A DNA stretch of 64,000 nucleotides from Patescibacteria group bacterium. Its GTDB lineage: Bacteria > Patescibacteriota > Minisyncoccia > Phycocordibacterales > Phycocordibacteraceae. The stretch spans positions 13,357-77,356 of the forward strand of contig JAGWIS010000001.1 of the NCBI GenBank assembly GCA_028866135.1, given 5' to 3'. How positions within the stretch are numbered: position 1 is the stretch's first letter; the number at the start of each line of letters is the position of its first letter. Below are positions 56,958 to 64,000 of this stretch, piece after piece. The position numbers were made by a program, and so were the translations under genes. The notes under the pieces are model-generated. The model ran no database searches and was not told the DNA's origin. It was given only the letters and a program-made list of their open reading frames with translations.

Positions 56958-57674
56958 ATGATCATCCTCATCACGATCGCGACGTTCTTTTCGACCCTTC
57001 TTGGGGGACTCTTTGCTCTGCATCTGAAAGATAGATTGCATTTGATCCTAGGATTCAGCGCAGGAGCCATTCTCGGTGTCGCATTCTTTGATCTCTTGCC
57101 GGAGGCACTCGATTTTGCCAGCAAGGTATATTCCGCTTCGACCGTTCTAACGGTACTTGTTATAGGTTTTACGACTTATCTCGTTCTTGATCGGTTCGTA
57201 CTTCTGCATGGCCACTCAGATGAAGAACATGGTAACGAACGTCGGGGAAATACGGGTGCCGGTAGCCTCTCATTCCACAGCTTCCTCGACGGCATAGGTA
57301 TCGGCCTCGCTTTTCAAGTCTCCCCCACGGTCGGTGCCATCGTGGCCGCCGCCGTCCTTACGCACGACTTCTCTGACGGAATCAACACGGTCAACTTCAT
57401 ACTCAAAAACAAAGGGGCGCGGGCAAAGGCGTTTCGATGGTTGCTTGTCGATGCTATCGCTCCAGTCCTCGGAGTACTCTCTACCTTGCTCTTTGTCCTA
57501 CCCGAGGACAAGCTTGGCCTCTTGCTCGCACTCTTCTCCGGTTTCTTCCTCTATATCGGCGCGAGCGATCTTATACCAGAGAGCTATCATTCTCACCCTC
57601 AGCGTTGGACTACCATCATGACCATCGTTGGCATTTGTACGTTGTACATCATCATCCACTTGGCGAGTATGTAG
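56958..57674 (+). CDS. ZIP-family zinc transporter
   Basis: FSAGAILGVAFFDLLPE, HSFLDG, HDFSDG, SDLIPE. Confidence 0.9.
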   Translation: MIILITIATFFSTLLGGLFALHLKDRLHLILGFSAGAILGVAFFDLLPEALDFASKVYSASTVLTVLVIGFTTYLVLDRFVLLHGHSDEEHGNERRGNTGAGSLSFHSFLDGIGIGLAFQVSPTVGAIVAAAVLTHDFSDGINTVNFILKNKGARAKAFRWLLVDAIAPVLGVLSTLLFVLPEDKLGLLLALFSGFFLYIGASDLIPESYHSHPQRWTTIMTIVGICTLYIIIHLASM

Positions 57675-57680
57675 CCAGAT

Positions 57681-58826
57681 TTAGTGCGCATGAGAATGGG
57701 AATGGCCCTCTGACTTCGTGTCAGAGGGTTTCCCTTTTCGAAGCATCCATACGGAAATGAGCGTCGTGAGCGGAACTGCGAGGATGAGGCCGATGCTCCC
57801 GACCATTGTGCGAACGATCTCAGTGGCGAATAATTCTTGATTGATGGTGGCCGCAATGGACATGTCGGTAAAGTGCAGCAGGAGCAAGAGCGGGAGCGAG
57901 ACACCGACATAGGCAATCGCCAAGGTGTTGACGAGTGCTCCGATGTGCTCACGACCGATGCGGAGCGCACGCCGATACAGCTCCCAGTGCGAATAGTGTG
58001 CTGCTGCTCGTTTCAATTCTTCAACGGCGATCGCCTGGCCAATAGCCGCGTCATAGAGGATGCCGAGCAGACCAATCATGATGCCGCCCAAAAGAAGGCC
58101 GACGAAGTCGATCGTGCCGTTGGTCGCGAAGTGGAGGTAGGTGACTTCTTCGGAGCTGTAGCCGGAGAGCATCGCCGCGTGAACGGACCAGTATGCGAGT
58201 GCACCGGTGACACAAATCGTTGCGATCATGCCGAGTACAGCCGCACTCGTTGTCCGATTGAATCCGTGAGTTATATATGAACCAATGACGATAATAAACG
58301 AAGATATTCCAACCGAGAGGAGCACGGGAGAATATCCTGCGAGTATACCGGGGAGAAGAATGTAGAATATGACTGCTAAGCTCGCGATAAGGGAAACAAG
58401 TCCGCGAATGCCCTGCTTGCCGCCGAAGATGATAATTGTGAGAACAAATAGGACGACAAGCATCTCCAGAGTCGGAAGACGATACGGCTCCTGAACATTC
58501 CACGTGTCATTCACTGCATCCATCCCACCGATAGAGTGATTTGCATAAAATTCGTCACCGACTTTTAGATTGAAACGGTCATTATCTACAGTGACGGTCT
58601 TCCCTTTGTCTGGACCCTCAAGAATCTGTGCCTGAAGTGTCTGCACGGTTTCGCTCGTCTGCGTACCCGGCACGTCTTGAATCGTTTGGGTGAGCACTTG
58701 GAGCACTCTTGCTCGTTCAATGTAACTCACCTCTTGATTCTGGGTTTGGGCAGAAACGGGATACGCTGGAACAAAGAAAGCGAGGAACGTGAGCAAACCA
58801 AATATCATTATTACGATTCTGCGCAT
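57681..58826 (-). CDS. YibE/F-family membrane protein with His-rich tail
   Basis: GILYDAAI, IGREHIGALVNTL..AY, EIVRTMVGSIGL; ends HSHSHAH. Confidence 0.88.
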   Translation of the reverse strand: MRRIVIMIFGLLTFLAFFVPAYPVSAQTQNQEVSYIERARVLQVLTQTIQDVPGTQTSETVQTLQAQILEGPDKGKTVTVDNDRFNLKVGDEFYANHSIGGMDAVNDTWNVQEPYRLPTLEMLVVLFVLTIIIFGGKQGIRGLVSLIASLAVIFYILLPGILAGYSPVLLSVGISSFIIVIGSYITHGFNRTTSAAVLGMIATICVTGALAYWSVHAAMLSGYSSEEVTYLHFATNGTIDFVGLLLGGIMIGLLGILYDAAIGQAIAVEELKRAAAHYSHWELYRRALRIGREHIGALVNTLAIAYVGVSLPLLLLLHFTDMSIAATINQELFATEIVRTMVGSIGLILAVPLTTLISVWMLRKGKPSDTKSEGHSHSHAH

Positions 58827-59080
58827 ATGATCTACCAAGTGTAGCAGAAACGCCCGTTTTATCGCAGTTCGATTCCGTTACCCATGCTCAAAATCTGATC
58901 TATTTCGTTATGACTACACCACAAAACCACCCGAGTACGTGAGTACCGGAATCGCACTGGATATGTGTTGAAAATGCTGTGTGACCTCGCGCAGATATGC
59001 GCTTTTATCGCTCGACACCCGTGCCGGTCTTGAACCAATTTTGACGCGTAACGGTCTCTGATATGGGTCGCACTAGTCTG

Positions 59081-59398
59081 TTGCGGGGGTGGGACTTGAA
59101 CCCACGTCTGGAGGTTATGCTTGCCACTACAATTTTCATTGCCCTATGGTTTGTGGTCTGGACTATGCCTTCACCCGTCACACTGATTTTAAATCTAGTG
59201 AGGCGGGTGTCTGCCGTCTAGTCTCTACACCTTCTCCGCGATATGGCGAGTCGCCTATCTCACGGAGCTTGGCTCGGTATTGCCTTTCGCTTTTTGCAGG
59301 AAGGGTTCGCCGAATTTGACAGATGATCTTACGCGCAATTACTCGCGCGCACGCCCGAATGACTCAAGCCTCCCGAGGTACCTCTCCTCTACCCCGCT
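59081..59398 (-). tRNA. Initiator tRNA-Met(CAT) interrupted by a group I intron; exons 59398-59367 and 59119-59081
   Basis: Spliced AGCGGGGTAGAGGAGAGGTACCTCGGGAGGCT|CATAACCTCCAGACGTGGGTTCAAGTCCCACCCCCGCAA; 1:72 mismatch and A11:U24 are initiator hallmarks. Confidence 0.9.
59120..59366 (-). ncRNA. Group I intron (247 nt) at position 33/34
   Basis: Exon ends U33; terminal G at 59120; R element GTAGAGACTA (59228-59219), S element GAAGGCATAGTCC (59172-59160). Confidence 0.92.
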
Positions 59399-59442
59399 AA
59401 TAATCAGTATACATAGAAAAAATTGCGGAGCAACTTGGATTT

Positions 59443-59567
59443 GGAAGCGAGAAAATGGTCCGAGATGCGCGACGCGGGAAGCTGGCTTTCGGAGACGTAC
59501 TAGAAGGTACGGCGAAGGAAGTCAGCGGGGCCCGCAACAAAGCAGATGGGATTATTTTCTCGCTTCC
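59443..59567. mobile_element. 125-bp palindromic MITE-like element
   Basis: Perfect 14-bp terminal IR GGAAGCGAGAAAAT/ATTTTCTCGCTTCC; inner CGTAC..GTACG hairpin. Confidence 0.6.
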
Positions 59568-60146
59568 CTAAAGAGCTTTGAACTCGCGGAAAACATTCGC
59601 ATAGCGCGCGATGGTGCGGCGCGCGAGCGTGTCGGAGAGATTGAAGGCGGAGCCTTCGTGCGCGATCTGATTGCGCACTTTGTGCGCGTCCCACGCGTCT
59701 TGGAGGCTGTTGATGTGCGCGGGATCGACCGACTTCAGCTTCTCGCCCACACCATCGCCCACGTATCCCTGCTGCCCGAGCACGTCGTCGAGCATGATGT
59801 CGGCTTCGATGATCGCCTCGCGCCATTCGCTTGCGGTCGCCCCGCCGGCCAATTTCTCGATGTGCTTCCAGCGCTCATGTATCTCGCCCGCCGCCTCCTG
59901 CGTGAGAATGATCGTCTGGTAAAATTTCCGCTCGCGCTCGCGCAGCTCGAAGAGGCGCACGGTCGCGTAGATGATAACGAAGAGTCCAAAGACCGCGAGG
60001 ATGTAGCCAATAGCGACAATCCAGAGCCAAAGATGCGCGAGCCACGCAGCAAGACCGGATAGTCCGGTCGAGCCGTAGCACGCGCCATAAATGCACTCGT
60101 AGAGAAGACGGAACCAGTATTCGACGTTCGCCTGCATTCCCGCCAT
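59568..60146 (-). CDS. Hypothetical membrane-anchored protein
   Basis: One TM segment; W..AIIEADIMLD, GE.LK, AWDAHKVRNQIAHEG. Confidence 0.8.
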   Translation of the reverse strand: MAGMQANVEYWFRLLYECIYGACYGSTGLSGLAAWLAHLWLWIVAIGYILAVFGLFVIIYATVRLFELRERERKFYQTIILTQEAAGEIHERWKHIEKLAGGATASEWREAIIEADIMLDDVLGQQGYVGDGVGEKLKSVDPAHINSLQDAWDAHKVRNQIAHEGSAFNLSDTLARRTIARYANVFREFKAL

Positions 60147-60155
60147 ATGCTTCTA

Positions 60156-60265
60156 GTATACCCCGTGAGATACCCAATATCGTGGCGGATTCACATGATA
60201 GAAGAGGAAAAACTTCACACTATGCGGCTCCGCACATTCGCACGAGACTATCTCATGGGGTATAC
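60156..60265. mobile_element. MITE-like element with CCCCGTGAGATA termini
   Basis: 17-bp IR, 16/17 match: GTATACCCCGTGAGATA / TATCTCATGGGGTATAC. Confidence 0.65.
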
Positions 60266-60280
60266 GTGCAAAGGGCGTTC

Positions 60281-61708
60281 CTAAAGAGATTTCTCCACTG
60301 TGTTGCCTACGGTGAAAAGGACGTCTTCCGCCTGATGCGGCGCAGTGAAATGGATGCCGACGGGGAGCTCCTTGCCATCGCGATTGACCGTATTCATTGG
60401 AACGGAGATCGCCGGCATGCCGGTGAGGTTTGCGGTTACCGTAAAAATATCTTCGAGATACATGGAAAGAGGGTCGCTCTTTTCGCCGAACTTGAATGCC
60501 GGCGAAGGCGTCGTGGGGAATGCGATGACGTCGCACGATTCAAATGCTTTGTCGTATTCGCGGCGCAGCACGGCCCGCGCCGCATCCGCCTTGCGGTAGT
60601 ACGCGTCGATATAGCCGGAAGAGAGTACGAACGTGCCGAGGAGGATGCGGCGGCGCGTCTCTTCCCCGAATCCTTCGGTGCGGGATTTGATGTAATCATC
60701 AAGGAGCGTGTCCCCGCGCGCCGCGCGCCCGTAGCGCATGCCGTCGAGGCGCGCGAGATTGGTCGAGACTTCGGCGGGCATGATGATGTAGTACGCCGCA
60801 AGCGCGTGCGCGCTCGCCGGCAGCTCGACATCGACAACTGCGTGGCCGGCTTCTTTCAGTTTCGCAAGCGTCGCTTCGAATGCGACGAGCACGTCCGGGT
60901 CGACGCCCTCGCGAAGAAGGTGGCGCGGGACGCCGATGCGGAGCGTCTTCGGAATTTCGCGCTTCGGGTAGAGTCCGTCCGGGATGGTGGTGGAATCAAG
61001 CTCATCTTTTCCCCGGATCGCTTCGTGGAGGATGCGCGCATCGGCGACCGACTTCGCAAGCGGGCCGATCTGATCGAGCGAGGAGCCCATGGCGATGAGC
61101 CCCGAGCGGGAGACGGCGCCATAGGTGGGCTTCAGACCGACGATGCCGGTAAGCGCTGCGGGCTGGCGGATGGAGCCGCCGGTGTCTGAGCCGAGCGCGG
61201 CGATGGCGAGATGCGCGGCGACCGCTGCAGCGGAGCCGCCGGAGGAGCCGCCGGGTACGCGTTCCGTGTCGATAGGATTCTTCGTCGCGCCGAACGCGGA
61301 GTGCTCGGTCGACGAGCCCATGGCAAATTCGTCCATGTTGGTGCGGCCGATGAAAAGCGCTCCGGCTTCTTTCAGTTTTTTTACAACGCTTGCGTCGTAC
61401 GTCGCGCGATAGTTCTCGAGCATCTTCGAGGACGCGCTCGCGATCTTCCCTTCTATCAAAATATTATCTTTTATCGCGAGCGGGATTCCGCAGAGAAGCG
61501 GAGCTCGCTCGCCTTCCGCATCGATACGCTTCTGCGCTGCAGCTATTGCTTCATCATCTGCAGGGAAAATTTCCAGGTATGCGCGGAGCTCCGGATTGCG
61601 CTTTTGCGCCTCTTCCGCACACGCGTCCCAGAGCTCGCGCACCGAGCATTCCCGCGCGCGAAGGCGACGCGCGGCTTCCTCGATCGTGAGCTCGTTTAGC
61701 TTAGTCAT
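60281..61708 (-). CDS. gatA: Asp/Glu-tRNA amidotransferase subunit A
   Basis: GIPLAIKDNI, NMDEFAMGSS, PGGSSGGS, GSDTGGSIRQPA, RRILLGT. Confidence 0.97.
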   Translation of the reverse strand: MTKLNELTIEEAARRLRARECSVRELWDACAEEAQKRNPELRAYLEIFPADDEAIAAAQKRIDAEGERAPLLCGIPLAIKDNILIEGKIASASSKMLENYRATYDASVVKKLKEAGALFIGRTNMDEFAMGSSTEHSAFGATKNPIDTERVPGGSSGGSAAAVAAHLAIAALGSDTGGSIRQPAALTGIVGLKPTYGAVSRSGLIAMGSSLDQIGPLAKSVADARILHEAIRGKDELDSTTIPDGLYPKREIPKTLRIGVPRHLLREGVDPDVLVAFEATLAKLKEAGHAVVDVELPASAHALAAYYIIMPAEVSTNLARLDGMRYGRAARGDTLLDDYIKSRTEGFGEETRRRILLGTFVLSSGYIDAYYRKADAARAVLRREYDKAFESCDVIAFPTTPSPAFKFGEKSDPLSMYLEDIFTVTANLTGMPAISVPMNTVNRDGKELPVGIHFTAPHQAEDVLFTVGNTVEKSL

Positions 61709-61806
61709 CCCATTAGACATAATTCATGCTGATTATGGCGAATGGCTGGCTTGGAGCGATCACGCATAGTTCGTTTTACGAGTGCTTGTAACATAGTCTA
61801 ACGGGA
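61708..61806. mobile_element. MITE-like element between gatC and gatA
   Basis: IR TCCCATTAGAC / GTCTAACGGGA (10/11) filling the whole spacer. Confidence 0.55.
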
Positions 61807-62100
61807 CTAGTGTGTCAGGATCTGCTTCACCGAAAGCGCGTCGCCTCCGCGCGCGGGGAACTGCGCCGCGAGTTTCTCCGTATACGCACCCGGCGCGTGC
61901 GGAACGCCGTCCTCACGCATCACGTTTCGAAGCGGCTGGCCGCTCCGCAGCGCCTCCCCTTCCGGCATCTCGACCGCAGAAATGGTCTCGACATACGCCA
62001 GTATCGCGTCGAATTCTTTCGTAAATTTCTCGAGCTCGGCATCCGCGAGCCTCACGCGTGCGAGCGTCGCGAGCTTCTTGACCTCTTCTACCGTCGCCAT
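61807..62100 (-). CDS. gatC: Asp/Glu-tRNA amidotransferase subunit C
   Basis: EEVKKLATLARV, ILAYV, NVMRED; upstream of gatA. Confidence 0.93.
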   Translation of the reverse strand: MATVEEVKKLATLARVRLADAELEKFTKEFDAILAYVETISAVEMPEGEALRSGQPLRNVMREDGVPHAPGAYTEKLAAQFPARGGDALSVKQILTH

Positions 62101-62113
62101 TCCCCGCACTCTA

Positions 62114-64000
<1,887 letters not shown>

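Noticed and set aside
61709-61720. GatA N-terminal extension MSNG
   Set aside because: Encoded by the inverted-repeat end of the intergenic element; the true start is more likely 61708.
61930-61955. ALRSGQ in GatC as a REP-derived peptide
   Set aside because: The underlying DNA is not clearly palindromic and does not match the repeat families seen here.

Overview
High-GC bacterial chromosome window using standard code 11 (TGA stops, RF2 present). It is most likely from a Patescibacteria/CPR (Parcubacteria-like) genome; this is inferred from the short RF2, tRNA group I introns, tRNA-linked homing endonucleases and gene style. Core genes (pyrG, ftsX, ftsE, prfB, gatA, gatC, ligA) alternate with accessory blocks lying 3' of minus-strand tRNA genes. 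There are six tRNAs. Two are interrupted by group I introns (Asp-GUC at 35/36, initiator Met-CAU at 33/34). The most unusual structure is at 23941-24283: an intact tRNA-Thr(GGU) nested in the anticodon of an older tRNA-Thr whose D-loop and T-loop also carry palindromic insertions. Several families of 40-175 bp hairpin elements recur in tRNAs, an intron, intergenic spacers and in frame within CTP synthase. Notable proteins: a minimal archaeal-type LeuRS paralog in a low-GC cassette, a PTOX/AOX-like di-iron protein, an ApbE/FMN-binding/RnfD-FNR flavinylation module next to a D-lactate dehydrogenase, and a P3A-type H+-ATPase. All calls were made by eye from motifs; no database search was run.
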